Origin: Enterobacter phage vB_Ent31 | Sequence record: OR567511.1 | Reading direction: 5' to 3' (one strand) | DNA: 64,000 nt | Shown here: positions 28,614 to 39,612 of the stretch, piece after piece | How the letters are laid out: every line of letters begins with the position of its first letter | Numbering within the stretch: position 1 is the stretch's first letter | Made by a program: the position numbers and the translations under genes | Notes under the pieces: model-generated | What the model was told of the DNA's origin: nothing | Seen by the model: the letters and a program-made list of their open reading frames with translations, nothing else | Database searches by the model: none

Positions 28614-29333
28614 TTATGCATTTTTCCATTTTCTTCCAAGCTGCCAATCTGGATGATTTAGTCTTGGGTCATTAGGGTCTGTAGTAGACGATTTCTCACC
28701 AGTTCTAGAGATGAGCCATTTTCTAGACTTAGCTACTTCAGAATATTTCTTTTTGGCTTCATCAGTTCGTAATTTGCCAGTGTTGGCTTTAGAGATTCTA
28801 TCACCCCACACTTTGACATCAGATTCACTCATAAAATCTTTTACATTTTTGCCAAACATTGGGTTAGAAGAACCTTTGAATGATCCACCTCGTTTTAATC
28901 GAGTATCTCTGGATTTTAAACCTAAACCAGGCAACTTTTTACCTTTGTTCCATGGTTCTGCACCTGAATCATATCGGGCTTTTTGGCTTTCAGATATCTT
29001 ATGAGATGTTTCTTCACTAGAATTATTATTAAGCCCGTTCTTATTAATGAAATCCCACCCACCTTCTCCGCCTGGCTTTAAATTGTAATTTGTATCTAGT
29101 TGGATAAATTCTTCCGTAACTAACTCTCTTTCAAGAGAATATGCTTCTTCCTTAGTATCAAATATTGCTAAAATATCTTTAACGAATGAAGATTTGCCAT
29201 ACTTTGCTTCTGCATTCTTAAATGCGGTACCAGATCCTAAATAAGAATCGTTTTCTTTTAGTGTCTTGTGAACACCAATGTAAATTTTATTATTCACAAG
29301 ACACGTAGTTTTATAAACTGTATACTTTTCCAT
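28614..29333 (-). CDS. Free-standing GIY-YIG homing endonuclease (Seg-like)
   Basis: 239 aa; canonical GIY-YIG module YTVYKTTCLVNNKIYIGVHKT…YLGSG…LERELV…NYNLKPGGEGG followed by basic DNA-binding tail. Confidence 0.75.
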   Translation of the reverse strand: MEKYTVYKTTCLVNNKIYIGVHKTLKENDSYLGSGTAFKNAEAKYGKSSFVKDILAIFDTKEEAYSLERELVTEEFIQLDTNYNLKPGGEGGWDFINKNGLNNNSSEETSHKISESQKARYDSGAEPWNKGKKLPGLGLKSRDTRLKRGGSFKGSSNPMFGKNVKDFMSESDVKVWGDRISKANTGKLRTDEAKKKYSEVAKSRKWLISRTGEKSSTTDPNDPRLNHPDWQLGRKWKNA

Positions 29334-29385
29334 AAATACCTCTATATTATGGAGGTATTTATTAGTAGATTGCGGCGATTTCTAA

Positions 29386-30439
<1,054 letters not shown>

Positions 30440-30441
<2 letters not shown>

Positions 30442-30778
30442 ATTCAAGTTCCTTTACGAAGTTATCAACATCAGCCTTGGCTTTATTATAATCAGCTAGA
30501 GTTTTAGCTAACCATTCTTCTTTGCGGCCTTTAAGCAAAGCAGACAAATATGAACCCTGAGCAAATAGCTGTGTAGTCATTAAATTTGACATAGCATTTG
30601 CTAGTTCTGGCGCTTTAGCTTTTACGGCACGTCGTAAATTTGCTCCAGCTTCATCTAAGTCTCTGGCAATGTTTTCAAGTTCTTGCTCTGCGCGAACTGA
30701 GCCATCATCTACACGAAGTCCATACGAATAAGCATATGAAGCTTTGCGGTATTTTTCGAGTAGAATTTTAATGGACAT
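30440..30778 (-). CDS. hypothetical protein (~112 aa; pseT.1 region)
   Basis: trimmed to MSIKILL start with GAGGAA RBS. Confidence 0.4.
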
Positions 30779-30983
30779 TAGCAATTTCCTCAATAATGAC
30801 GTTTACACGCGCAGTAGCTTCGTCATATCGAGCTTTAGCATGAGCTGTTTCAAATTCGTTGTCAACGTAAGTCAAATAACCATCGTCCATTTGCATACGA
30901 GTCTTTGCTGAGCCGTAATCAATTGCCCGAGCCGTAAGTTCAGAGATGGCGCCTTCAAGAGCCATTTTAGCAAATTTATTCAT
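30768..30983 (-). CDS. hypothetical 71-aa protein
   Basis: ORF, overlaps neighbours by few nt. Confidence 0.4.
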   Translation of the reverse strand: MNKFAKMALEGAISELTARAIDYGSAKTRMQMDDGYLTYVDNEFETAHAKARYDEATARVNVIIEEIANVH

Positions 30984-31459
30984 AGCCCGAGCGCCTCATA
31001 CAAGGATTTACGAATTTCACGGACATCTTTACCCGCTGGACGCATTGCGCCTTCAACATCAGAGATAAAGCCATTGGCACAATTAGATTTAACTTGACCG
31101 TAAATTGAAGCAGCTTCAATAAGCTTATCAATCAAATCACGTTTATAGTCTTCTTCCATACGAATGCCATACCATTTGTCGTAATCTTCTATAGGAGCAA
31201 AGATTTTGAACCAAGTTTCTTCTGAAATATAAGTTTGTTCTTTAAGTTTAAAGACGTGAGATGGGATAGTTTCAGTTCCTGGAGCAAAAACTCTAACTGA
31301 AACTACTGTCGGTTTTCCATCAATGATTTCAAACCAGGGACTCACGGTAGCTTTACGCATTAATGGAGTTTTGTGACGAGCACCCTGCATACACAATTTG
31401 CGTAATTGGGTCTTTTTAATTGCAGATAAGAATGAACCATCTTTTACAAAATAGCGCAT
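30980..31459 (-). CDS. hypothetical protein (~159 aa)
   Basis: trimmed to MRYFVKDG start with GAGGAAAA RBS; GAGGCCCGAAGGCCTC hairpin upstream. Confidence 0.4.
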   Translation of the reverse strand: MRYFVKDGSFLSAIKKTQLRKLCMQGARHKTPLMRKATVSPWFEIIDGKPTVVSVRVFAPGTETIPSHVFKLKEQTYISEETWFKIFAPIEDYDKWYGIRMEEDYKRDLIDKLIEAASIYGQVKSNCANGFISDVEGAMRPAGKDVREIRKSLYEALGL

Positions 31460-31586
31460 GATATTTTCCTCAAAGTTTATTATCCGATGAGGCCCGAAGG
31501 CCTCAATTAAAACGTAACAACCATTGCAAGAGCTACTGTGCAAGCAACTGCAGCAATAAACAATCCGAAACAAAACAGCTTTGCAC

Positions 31587-31889
31587 CTAACGTGAATTTA
31601 CGCATTTTGGTTCCTTTAATTCAGAGCGATAATAACATATCATACCATTAGCATCTTTGGTATAACGAAGAACATCATCTAACCAAACTCTAAATTCTTG
31701 TGATTCAGAGAAAGGCATTCCTACAAATGGTCGTCCGTCAACTTCAACGATAGTCCAGCGGCCATTCCAAGGCTTAATCTGGTCAGGCCAAGATGGATGC
31801 ACTACTGTTGGCTGGGGTAACTCTAGTGACTTCTGAGAACATCCAGACAATAGTCCAATTGATAATATTACGGCTACTAAAAGTTTCAC
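31587..31889 (-). CDS. Outer-membrane spanin lipoprotein (o-spanin, PseT.2-like)
   Basis: 100 aa; lipobox LLSGC after signal peptide MKLLVAVILSIGLLSGCSQ; 4-nt overlap with upstream i-spanin. Confidence 0.7.
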   Translation of the reverse strand: MKLLVAVILSIGLLSGCSQKSLELPQPTVVHPSWPDQIKPWNGRWTIVEVDGRPFVGMPFSESQEFRVWLDDVLRYTKDANGMICYYRSELKEPKCVNSR

Positions 31890-32242
31890 TTAGTGGCCTC
31901 CTGGAACTCTAGAGTCAATTTATTAAAAGACTCATTTAATTGTTTTTCAACCAACTTAGGCTTAGCTTTTACTACATTCTCACGCTTAGCATCTTTAGCC
32001 ATTTTAGCGCTAGACTTATCAGCTTCTGCTCTATTTGCTTTACGAGTCTCGTCATATTTGTTGAGATTCACAAAGTCGGTTTTTAACTTTTCAATAGCTT
32101 TGCCGTTAGCTTCAGCTATTTGTTGCATTTGCTTAAGGTCTTCTTTTAAGCCATCAATCCGTGAAGATTGATATTGAATGAACCCATAAGCTGTTAATCC
32201 GAGCGCCACTAAAATGACGTGGATGTTTGTTATTTTGAACAT
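31886..32242 (-). CDS. Inner-membrane spanin (i-spanin, PseT.3-like)
   Basis: 118 aa; N-terminal TM helix (NIHVILVALGLTAYGFIQY) then charged coiled-coil periplasmic domain; paired with lipoprotein. Confidence 0.7.
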   Translation of the reverse strand: MFKITNIHVILVALGLTAYGFIQYQSSRIDGLKEDLKQMQQIAEANGKAIEKLKTDFVNLNKYDETRKANRAEADKSSAKMAKDAKRENVVKAKPKLVEKQLNESFNKLTLEFQEATK

Positions 32243-32736
32243 AATTTGATGATTGCCTGTACAATATCGTCCTGAGAAAGACCATTGATAAGAATATGAT
32301 GTTCAGCAGGAGAGTTTTGAATTTTGAAGCAAGGGTCCACCATCTCTGCCATTTCAGATGCAGATAAACGTGGATTTGAAACACCCAGACGATGCTTTCC
32401 ATAGATTGGGTCTACAATGATGTAGCACTTACAACCATTTACGTGAACGTTTGGTTGGGAAATGTTAATCATCACTTCTGCACCGTACTTGGTCAGATGA
32501 TTATCTAAGAAGCTGCGCATTTCTTCTACTGCTTCAGGCATCTTCTCAGCGCGTTCTTCATTTACGCGGTTACTATATTCTTTACGAGCCTTTTGACGCT
32601 TTTGGTCGCGAGAGTAAGCTACACGTAAATCTGTGATGTAACCCAGAGGACGAGAATTTTTGAAAATACGAATCCCGTCATGATGAGTGCCACCGTAAAT
32701 TTCTATTAGTTCTTCAGCAGTGATTAAGTTCAGCAT
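32230..32736 (-). CDS. alc: Alc (blocks host transcription of dC-DNA)
   Basis: 168 aa (T4 Alc 167 aa); position between pseT.3 and rnlA; early promoter copy 4 upstream. Confidence 0.65.
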   Translation of the reverse strand: MLNLITAEELIEIYGGTHHDGIRIFKNSRPLGYITDLRVAYSRDQKRQKARKEYSNRVNEERAEKMPEAVEEMRSFLDNHLTKYGAEVMINISQPNVHVNGCKCYIIVDPIYGKHRLGVSNPRLSASEMAEMVDPCFKIQNSPAEHHILINGLSQDDIVQAIIKLCSK

Positions 32737-32766
32737 TTCGTTTTCTCCATTTGGTTAGTGTAGAGA

Positions 32767-32803
32767 CATAGTAACACAACCAAATGGAGATGTAAACGGT
32801 TAG
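32767..32803 (-). promoter_or_regulatory. early promoter cassette, copy 4 (upstream of alc)
   Basis: same consensus. Confidence 0.6.
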
Positions 32804-33930
32804 ATGTACTCAGCCGGAGTGAATGGCTTTGTGTTCTTCAAGAATGCTGTGTTCAGCTTCGTGATGAGCTGATCGTCATCAAGGTCTCCTGCATACATTT
32901 TCATGATGATGCCGAAAATCTGAGGCAGACCAGCCAGTGCTGTTTCAGCTTGAGCATTCGCCGCATAAGACTTACGGTCCTTACCACGATGAGTAGCGTA
33001 GAAGTCTTGGCACAGTTTAAGAGCTGAACGAAGATAGTCTAAGTACTGGGTTTCAAAGGCATTAATCTTATCGATAGCTACTTTATCATTATCAAACATG
33101 CCACGAAGGTCATCAGCAGCATTGTTCACGATGCATTCAAACAGACGTTGGTTGTTGATAATAGAATCCTTTGTATGATGGAGAGCACAATACCATTCTG
33201 TTTTCAGTTTGAAACGAAGACCATCTTCCATTACGCAAACATAACCTTCAATTTGTTCTTCAGCGCGAATCTTGGAAACGAAATCTCCATTAGGAACTTC
33301 AAATGCTTCTACCAGATACTTACGAAGAACTGGATGCGCCAAAAGGTCTTCGTAATCAATGTACTCACCTGTGTCATTTTCACGAACGTTCAGAAGAATA
33401 AGCATCTTTTCATGGTAGTTCAAAACAACTCGATTCTGTGGAGAACAGTATTCAAAGTTAGCAGTGAAACCATCTTTTGCTAAATCAATCAGAGCTTCAG
33501 CCAAATCCAGATGATCGATACTTGCCAGCATTGCAGAAGCTTCAACAGCCTGCTCAGATTTGATAGAAGTCTTAGACTTAAAGCGAATACGATTTTCACC
33601 GTCCAAATAAGTAGAAACCAAGGAGCCATCTTCTTTGGCTAACATATACTTAATCTTAGAAAGGTCCAGATTCATAGTGAATGGAGTTTCATTAAGATTG
33701 AAGAACTTTTCCATTGGACGAGATGCGATACGCACCGGGGTATCGTCTGCATCAAGTTCAAACATAATGCCACGACACTCTAATGCAGACGGCAGGAGCC
33801 AGTCAGAGTAAGATGCGTAATGGTAAGAAAACGTGCGATATTTGTACCCCATTGGAGATACATCATCACGGTAGAAGAAACGAGTTTCATCGTTACATAG
33901 AGTCATGAGCTCATTGAATAATTTTTTCAC
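32800..33930 (-). CDS. rnlA: RNA ligase 1 (gp63)
   Basis: 376 aa; matches T4 Rnl1 (…YRTFSYHYASYSDWLLP.ALECRGIMFE… KEDGSLVSTYLDG lysine motif … IIMKMY). Confidence 0.92.
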   Translation of the reverse strand: MKKLFNELMTLCNDETRFFYRDDVSPMGYKYRTFSYHYASYSDWLLPSALECRGIMFELDADDTPVRIASRPMEKFFNLNETPFTMNLDLSKIKYMLAKEDGSLVSTYLDGENRIRFKSKTSIKSEQAVEASAMLASIDHLDLAEALIDLAKDGFTANFEYCSPQNRVVLNYHEKMLILLNVRENDTGEYIDYEDLLAHPVLRKYLVEAFEVPNGDFVSKIRAEEQIEGYVCVMEDGLRFKLKTEWYCALHHTKDSIINNQRLFECIVNNAADDLRGMFDNDKVAIDKINAFETQYLDYLRSALKLCQDFYATHRGKDRKSYAANAQAETALAGLPQIFGIIMKMYAGDLDDDQLITKLNTAFLKNTKPFTPAEYI

Positions 33931-34340
33931 TTTTTACCCTTATGTTGAGTATTCCACGGAGGATTGAATTTTTTGATGAACATCGGTTCTTCAAGGTCCA
34001 TCGTTGAGATTGACATTTCACCGAGTTCATTGTTTATCAGGAGATTAAAGCACTGTCGAGCATAGAAGCTAACAGTCTTTCCTGACATCAGAGCATCGTA
34101 AATCTTTGCTGATTTAGTTGAATCTGACGTCTGGTCTTTGCGGTTAATCGCAGTCCTGTAATAATTTATTCTCTTTCTGAGATTCTTGGTCTTACCGATG
34201 TAGACCAACTCATTATCAACTGCTATTGCATAAACCACATTCAACTTGTTTGGAACTTGGACGTGGTCTATCGTACAATCCGGTAGCAGCTTCAGTTGAG
34301 TGTATTCTATAAAAGAAAACTCGTTAGCAATATCTTTCAT
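33927..34340 (-). CDS. denA: Endonuclease II (DenA), GIY-YIG family
   Basis: 137 aa (T4 DenA 136 aa); VVYAIAVDNELVYIGKTKNLRKRINYY GIY-YIG block; position between rnlA and nrdB. Confidence 0.75.
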   Translation of the reverse strand: MKDIANEFSFIEYTQLKLLPDCTIDHVQVPNKLNVVYAIAVDNELVYIGKTKNLRKRINYYRTAINRKDQTSDSTKSAKIYDALMSGKTVSFYARQCFNLLINNELGEMSISTMDLEEPMFIKKFNPPWNTQHKGKK

Positions 34341-34366
34341 AACAGAAGGGCCCGAAGGCCCTCTCC

Positions 34367-35581
34367 TTACAAATACTTTCTGAATTTCAACAGCACATCA
34401 GCATCTACATCGTTATCAATCTGTGCTACAAGGTAACTTGAGATTTCAACTTCTTGTGGAGCAGATTGTACCGCATCTGAGTTTAAGTATTCACGAATCC
34501 ATGGGATTGGGTGACGAACAGGAGCGTCAGTAATCGGGCATGGAAGACCACAGCTACGCATACGTGAAACGGTCAGATAGTCGATGAAGTCATGAAGGAT
34601 TTTCACTGAAAGACCAGGAACTCCACCATCGCGCCACAGATGAACTGCCCATTCTTTTTCTTGGCGGTTGATTTCCATGAAGATATCAACTGCTTCCTGT
34701 TCGCATTCACGAGCAATCTCAACCCACTCTTCACCATCTGTGCCAAGTTGAAGCTGTCTGATGATGTACTGCGTACCCTTCAGATGAAGCTGCTCATCAC
34801 GAGCAATGAACTTCATAATCTTAGAGTTGCCTTCCATGATTTCCATGTTCTTATGGAAGTTGAAAGTACAAGCGAAAGATACATAGAAACGAATTGCTTC
34901 AAGACCATTGATGACATGTAGACACAGATAAAGTGCTTTCATCAGAGCACGTTTAGTAGAGCGTTCCCACTGTTCAGCTTTATCAAGTTCGCCCAGCACG
35001 CTATCATCTACTTCTTCACCGTCAGCGATATACTGGCATGCTTCAAATTTCCAGTACGAAACCTCGGTTTTGGCGTTTTCCCACTGACGAGTTTTGTAGA
35101 TAACATCATCATAATAACGACCAATCGTTTCAGCTCGTTTCATGATTGCTTCATCAAGAACGATTTCGTCAAATACCTTGGCTGGGTCATTCAACAGGTT
35201 ACGCATGATATGCGTATAAGAGCGAGAGTGAATCGTTTCAGAGAACGTCCAAGTCTGGTTCCAAGTATCAAGTGAAGGGTCAGAAATCAGAGCGGAAAGA
35301 ACTGCTGCTGGTGCTCGCCCTTGGATTGAATCCAGAAGGCTTTGATATTTCAGGTTATCAAGGAATACGTTTTGCTGACCAACTGGAAGCTTTTCAAATT
35401 GAGCTCGGTCAGTCATCAGGTTAACTTCTTCAGGACGCCAGAAGAACGAGAGTTGTTTCTCAATCAGTTCTTCAAATGTACGGTGACGTTGAATATCATA
35501 TCGTGCAATACCAAGCCCACTTCCGAAGAACATTGGCTCGGTCATCAAATCTACTTGTTGCGTATTAAAAACTGTGCTCAT
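34367..35581 (-). CDS. nrdB: Ribonucleotide reductase small subunit NrdB (contiguous, no intron)
   Basis: 404 aa continuous ORF with R2 di-iron/tyrosyl-radical fold features; T4 nrdB carries a group I intron, here the coding sequence is uninterrupted. Confidence 0.9.
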   Translation of the reverse strand: MSTVFNTQQVDLMTEPMFFGSGLGIARYDIQRHRTFEELIEKQLSFFWRPEEVNLMTDRAQFEKLPVGQQNVFLDNLKYQSLLDSIQGRAPAAVLSALISDPSLDTWNQTWTFSETIHSRSYTHIMRNLLNDPAKVFDEIVLDEAIMKRAETIGRYYDDVIYKTRQWENAKTEVSYWKFEACQYIADGEEVDDSVLGELDKAEQWERSTKRALMKALYLCLHVINGLEAIRFYVSFACTFNFHKNMEIMEGNSKIMKFIARDEQLHLKGTQYIIRQLQLGTDGEEWVEIARECEQEAVDIFMEINRQEKEWAVHLWRDGGVPGLSVKILHDFIDYLTVSRMRSCGLPCPITDAPVRHPIPWIREYLNSDAVQSAPQEVEISSYLVAQIDNDVDADVLLKFRKYL

Positions 35582-35796
35582 TTAACTTCCTCGAATTCAA
35601 ATTCAATTTCAATACCGGCTACAGCTTCGACTCCATATCGATAGCCTTCGAGATACATTGCAACACCGTATTCATCACCATGCATTGTTGGCGGAACTTC
35701 GATAAGTGAAGTGCGGACTACAAATTCTCTCATCTGCTCTCCATTATTATAAATGGCATAGATGTTATAGCTTTTTGCTTCTGTTCTGTGGCTCAT
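35578..35796 (-). CDS. hypothetical 72-aa protein between nrdA and nrdB
   Basis: ATGA coupling to nrdB. Confidence 0.4.
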   Translation of the reverse strand: MSHRTEAKSYNIYAIYNNGEQMREFVVRTSLIEVPPTMHGDEYGVAMYLEGYRYGVEAVAGIEIEFEFEEVK

Positions 35797-35969
35797 AAAT
35801 TATAAGTCCTATTAAGTAATTCTGCTGTAACTTTAGTTGATTCTGAATAAATGCGGAACTCTTCATCCAACTTTCTAAGACGTTTTCTCAATTCTTCCAC
35901 AAACTCAGGCGTCAACTCTATTGTTTTAACTACTTCCAAAAGTTCTTGGATACTCATAGTGTGCTTCAT
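35793..35969 (-). CDS. small hypothetical ORF (58 aa; not in supplied track)
   Basis: ATG with AGGAGGA RBS; ATGA overlap with downstream ORF; hairpin GGACCACGGATGGTCC just upstream. Confidence 0.35.
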   Translation of the reverse strand: MKHTMSIQELLEVVKTIELTPEFVEELRKRLRKLDEEFRIYSESTKVTAELLNRTYNL

Positions 35970-36013
35970 AAATCCTCCTGGACCATCCGTGGTCCAATTA
36001 TAAACTAAAAGAA

Positions 36014-38269
36014 TTAAAGCTTACATGCAGAACAATCTTCGGCTTTTGGTTTCTCGATTTCAAAATCATCGTTACCAGAACCATCACGAGTGTTATGATA
36101 GTACAATGTCTTACCACCAAAGTACCAGAAGTAAAGCAAGTCGTCCATCATAACAGACATTGGCACTTTACCTTTCTCATAGTTCTGAGGGTCATAGTAA
36201 GTATTAGCTGATGCAGATTGACATACCCACTTCAACATAATAGCTACTTGAGTCAGATAAGGTTTGTTACCCTGCTTAGCAAGTTTCCATGCATAATCAT
36301 AGAGGTCAGCGTTCAGTTCAACGTTCGGAACTACTTGGTTGAAGCTTCCTTCTTTAGACTCTTTAATAGAGACTGGACCTCGTGGCGGCTCAATACCGTT
36401 TGTGCTGTTGGAAACCTGGGAGGAGGACTCACATGGCATGAGTGCGGACAATGTACTGTTACGGATGCCATATTGCTTGAGTTCTGCACGGAGTGCTTCC
36501 CAGTCACAAACGTAATTCGGGGCCGCGAGCTGGTCAATTCTCTTATTGTACCAGTCGATAGGTAATTCGCCTCGAGACCAACGAGTGTCTTTATAATACT
36601 CGCAAGGTCCTTTTTCTTTTGCAAGTTTAATTGATGCTTTGATGAGTGCATATTGCAGCCTTTCAAACAGTTCGTGAGTCAGGTCATTTGCATCAGCGTA
36701 TGTAGCAAAGTTATCTGCTAACCAAGCAGCGTAGTTCGTTACACCAACACCCAATGCTCGACGTTTAAGAGCTTTCAAAGCTTCTTTAACCGGATAACCT
36801 TGATAACTCAAGAGGTTGTCGAGTGCTCGGACTTGGACTTCTGCGAGCTCGTTAATAGTTTCTTGGTCTTGCCAATCGAAGTTGCCGAGCACGAACGCAG
36901 ACAACGTACACAGCGCAATTTCTGCGTCTTCTGAGTAGACGTCTTTAGTAGGTAACGCAATTTCTGCGCAGAGGTTCGATTGCTTAATCGTAGCCACATC
37001 ACGAATAAAAGGACCATAATTACCAACGTTATCTACGAAGTAAGGGTAAATTCGAGCTGTGCCTGAACGCTCAGTTAAGAATAACTCAATCAATTCACGA
37101 GCTTTGACCCGCTTCTTACGAACATCAGGGTTCTTTTCAAGAGCTTCATATTGTTCACGGAATGCAGCAGCATCTTTGAAATAGTTCTCATAAAGGAGAC
37201 CAGCATCAATATCTGGAGAGAACAGAGTGATGTAATCATCTTTAATCAGACGTTCAAACATCAGGTCATTGATTTGAACACCATAATCTAAATGACGAAT
37301 ACGGTTTTCATCTACACCTTTGTTGTTCTTAAGTACGAGGAGGTTTTCAACTTCCAAGTGCCAGATTGGATAGTACAATGTCGCCGCCCCGCCGCGAACT
37401 CCACCCTGGGAGCAGGACTTAACTGCTGTTTGGATGTGTTTCCAGAAAGGAATAACTCCAGTATGCTTGACTTCTCCGAAGCCGATTTTTGAACCTTCTG
37501 CACGAATCATACCTGCGTTAATGCCGATACCAGCACGTTTAGAGATGTACTCTACAATTGATTCAGCTGATTTGTTAATTGATTTCAGTGAATCACCAGC
37601 TTCAATAACAACGCAAGAACTGAATTGACGAGTAGGAGTACGAGCACCTGCCATAATAGGAGTAGGCAGAGAAATTTTCTTAGTTGACACAGCATCGTAA
37701 AAACGAATAGTGTTCACTAAACGGTTTTCACCATCATCCTGATGCAGAGTCATACCAATGAGCATGAATGCAAATTGAGGAGTTTCGATGATTTGACCAG
37801 TGCTGCGATCTTTGACCAGGTATTTTTCAATGAGTTGCATCGTGCCAGCATACGTCATTTCAAAATCACGGTCATGAACAATTTTACTTTCAAGCAGAGC
37901 AATTTCTTCGGCAGACCATTTGGCAAGAATTTCTTTGTCGTATTTGTTGTGATTAACACCAAATGAAATCTGGTCAATAAATGAACGAGGTTCAAACTGT
38001 CCGTAAACTTGCTTACGAAGATTGAACATCGCCAGATTACTTGCTACATACTGATAATCTGGTTCTTCAATTGAAATCATTGAAGCCGCAACCTTAGTAG
38101 CTGCGCGTTGAATGTCATAAGTTGTCATTCCATCTTGCAGATGCGGAACGATAGCTTGATATAGCTCATATGGGTCAACTCGGGTGTTTTCACAACCCCA
38201 TTCCAGAACCTTGATAAGTTTTTCTGGAGTAAATTCCTGAGAGGTACCACTGGACTTAATTACTTTCAT
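36014..38269 (-). CDS. nrdA: Ribonucleotide reductase large subunit NrdA
   Basis: 751 aa (T4 754 aa); class Ia RNR features, C-terminal CxxC redox tail (…DCSACKL). Confidence 0.93.
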   Translation of the reverse strand: MKVIKSSGTSQEFTPEKLIKVLEWGCENTRVDPYELYQAIVPHLQDGMTTYDIQRAATKVAASMISIEEPDYQYVASNLAMFNLRKQVYGQFEPRSFIDQISFGVNHNKYDKEILAKWSAEEIALLESKIVHDRDFEMTYAGTMQLIEKYLVKDRSTGQIIETPQFAFMLIGMTLHQDDGENRLVNTIRFYDAVSTKKISLPTPIMAGARTPTRQFSSCVVIEAGDSLKSINKSAESIVEYISKRAGIGINAGMIRAEGSKIGFGEVKHTGVIPFWKHIQTAVKSCSQGGVRGGAATLYYPIWHLEVENLLVLKNNKGVDENRIRHLDYGVQINDLMFERLIKDDYITLFSPDIDAGLLYENYFKDAAAFREQYEALEKNPDVRKKRVKARELIELFLTERSGTARIYPYFVDNVGNYGPFIRDVATIKQSNLCAEIALPTKDVYSEDAEIALCTLSAFVLGNFDWQDQETINELAEVQVRALDNLLSYQGYPVKEALKALKRRALGVGVTNYAAWLADNFATYADANDLTHELFERLQYALIKASIKLAKEKGPCEYYKDTRWSRGELPIDWYNKRIDQLAAPNYVCDWEALRAELKQYGIRNSTLSALMPCESSSQVSNSTNGIEPPRGPVSIKESKEGSFNQVVPNVELNADLYDYAWKLAKQGNKPYLTQVAIMLKWVCQSASANTYYDPQNYEKGKVPMSVMMDDLLYFWYFGGKTLYYHNTRDGSGNDDFEIEKPKAEDCSACKL

Positions 38270-38567
38270 GCAAATCCTCTAGCGTAAATGTGTCTTTGAA
38301 TAATCTGTTTACTATATGAGCTATTATATCACCATGGCAAGCTTTAGGTTTACAAGTGCATCCTAATCTCATTCCACGGAGAGTCTCCAGGTGCTCACGT
38401 TTTATTTCACCACTCCTAATACGCTTAATGAAGTCCTCTTTAAAGGCTTCAATGGCAGCCTCACGGCTGCCAGCATTTTTACCAACGTCATTACCCCACA
38501 TTGTGCCTCGTTGGATATTAACGTCGAAATCGGAATGGTATTTATTAACCACTCGACACGCTCTCAT
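38256..38567 (-). CDS. DUF4326-like small protein (nrdA.1 position)
   Basis: 103 aa; C-terminal …LGCTCKPKACHGDIIAHIV… motif typical of DUF4326; overlaps nrdA 3' end by 14 nt. Confidence 0.45.
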   Translation of the reverse strand: MRACRVVNKYHSDFDVNIQRGTMWGNDVGKNAGSREAAIEAFKEDFIKRIRSGEIKREHLETLRGMRLGCTCKPKACHGDIIAHIVNRLFKDTFTLEDLHESN

Positions 38568-38755
38568 TACGCTTTACTCACAATAATAATGCGTTCAGCA
38601 GATTCACCGACAATTTCAATGTGATGAGCCAGAACTATGTGAAAATAGCCATTAATCATAATAGAAGAGTTTAATTTGAAGTCAGCATCGCACAGTTGCT
38701 CATCAGTTTGAGCATAAACGATACTTCCCAAAGCATTTGTAAATTTAGTAATCAT
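38567..38755 (-). CDS. hypothetical 62-aa protein (nrdA.2 position)
   Basis: ORF only. Confidence 0.35.
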   Translation of the reverse strand: MITKFTNALGSIVYAQTDEQLCDADFKLNSSIMINGYFHIVLAHHIEIVGESAERIIIVSKA

Positions 38756-39612
38756 ACAGCCATTTTTCCTTTGATTGTTGGGTGACTTTCATAGTTAACT
38801 AACTTGAAGTCTTCGATAACAGCAAATCGATTTATCCACTTAAGCTGGGATGAAGTTTGCCAACGCTCAAACTCAGGTGGAAAATCAATTTCAAGCTCAC
38901 ACAGTTCTTTTGGTTCACGACGAAGAATTTCTTCGCATTGCTCAATATGATTTGAGTAGATGTGAGTGTTGCCGCCAGTAAATACTAAATGGCCAGGTTT
39001 TAAGCCAGTCATTTTAGCTACGATATGAATCAAAGCAGCGTAAGATGCAATATTGAATGGTAGACCAAGGAACACATCTACCGACCTCTGGTACCACTGG
39101 AGGTCCAAGAACCCATTGCGTACGTTGAACTGATATATCATATGGCATGGTGGAAGCGCCATCTTAGGGATGTCTAGAGGGTTCCAGGCAGTCACAATTT
39201 GACGACGGTCATTAGGCAGTTCTTTAATTCGGTCAATAACCAAAGTCAATTGGTCAACACCCATAAAGTCTCGCCACTGCTTGCCGTAAACCGGACCAAG
39301 CTCACCGTCAACATATCCCATTGAACGAGCTTGATTTTCGTAATTGTCGTCCCAGACAGTTTTACCATTTGTCGGAGAACCATGCTGACGAAGACGTAAA
39401 TCGTTTACATTTGTTGAACCAGATAGGAACCACAAAAGTTCTGCAATACATGCTTTCCAGGCAAGCTTCTTAGTAGTTACTGCTGGAAAACCTTGTTGCA
39501 AATCAAAACGAAGCTGAGTGCCAAACACAGCACAAGTACCAGTTCCTGTGCGGTCATCAGTCACGTAACCTTCATCAAAGATATGCTGAATTAGCTGTTG
39601 ATATTGTTTCAT
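38752..39612 (-). CDS. td: Thymidylate synthase (contiguous, no intron)
   Basis: 286 aa, same length as T4 Td; MKQYQ.LI..IF.EGY.TDDRTGTGT… PCH…QWYQRS.D.FLGLPFNIASYA; uninterrupted ORF (T4 td has intron + I-TevI). Confidence 0.93.
   Translation of the reverse strand: MKQYQQLIQHIFDEGYVTDDRTGTGTCAVFGTQLRFDLQQGFPAVTTKKLAWKACIAELLWFLSGSTNVNDLRLRQHGSPTNGKTVWDDNYENQARSMGYVDGELGPVYGKQWRDFMGVDQLTLVIDRIKELPNDRRQIVTAWNPLDIPKMALPPCHMIYQFNVRNGFLDLQWYQRSVDVFLGLPFNIASYAALIHIVAKMTGLKPGHLVFTGGNTHIYSNHIEQCEEILRREPKELCELEIDFPPEFERWQTSSQLKWINRFAVIEDFKLVNYESHPTIKGKMAV

Noticed and set aside
33148-33483. 111-aa plus-strand ORF
   Set aside because: Antisense to rnlA, which is convincingly coding. Shadow ORF.
36218-36666. 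Two ORFs (115 aa +, 111 aa -) inside nrdA
   Set aside because: Alternative frames of the well-supported nrdA ORF.
34367-39612. Group I introns in nrdB and td (present in T4)
   Set aside because: Both proteins are encoded by single uninterrupted ORFs of full length. There are no intervening stop-containing segments.
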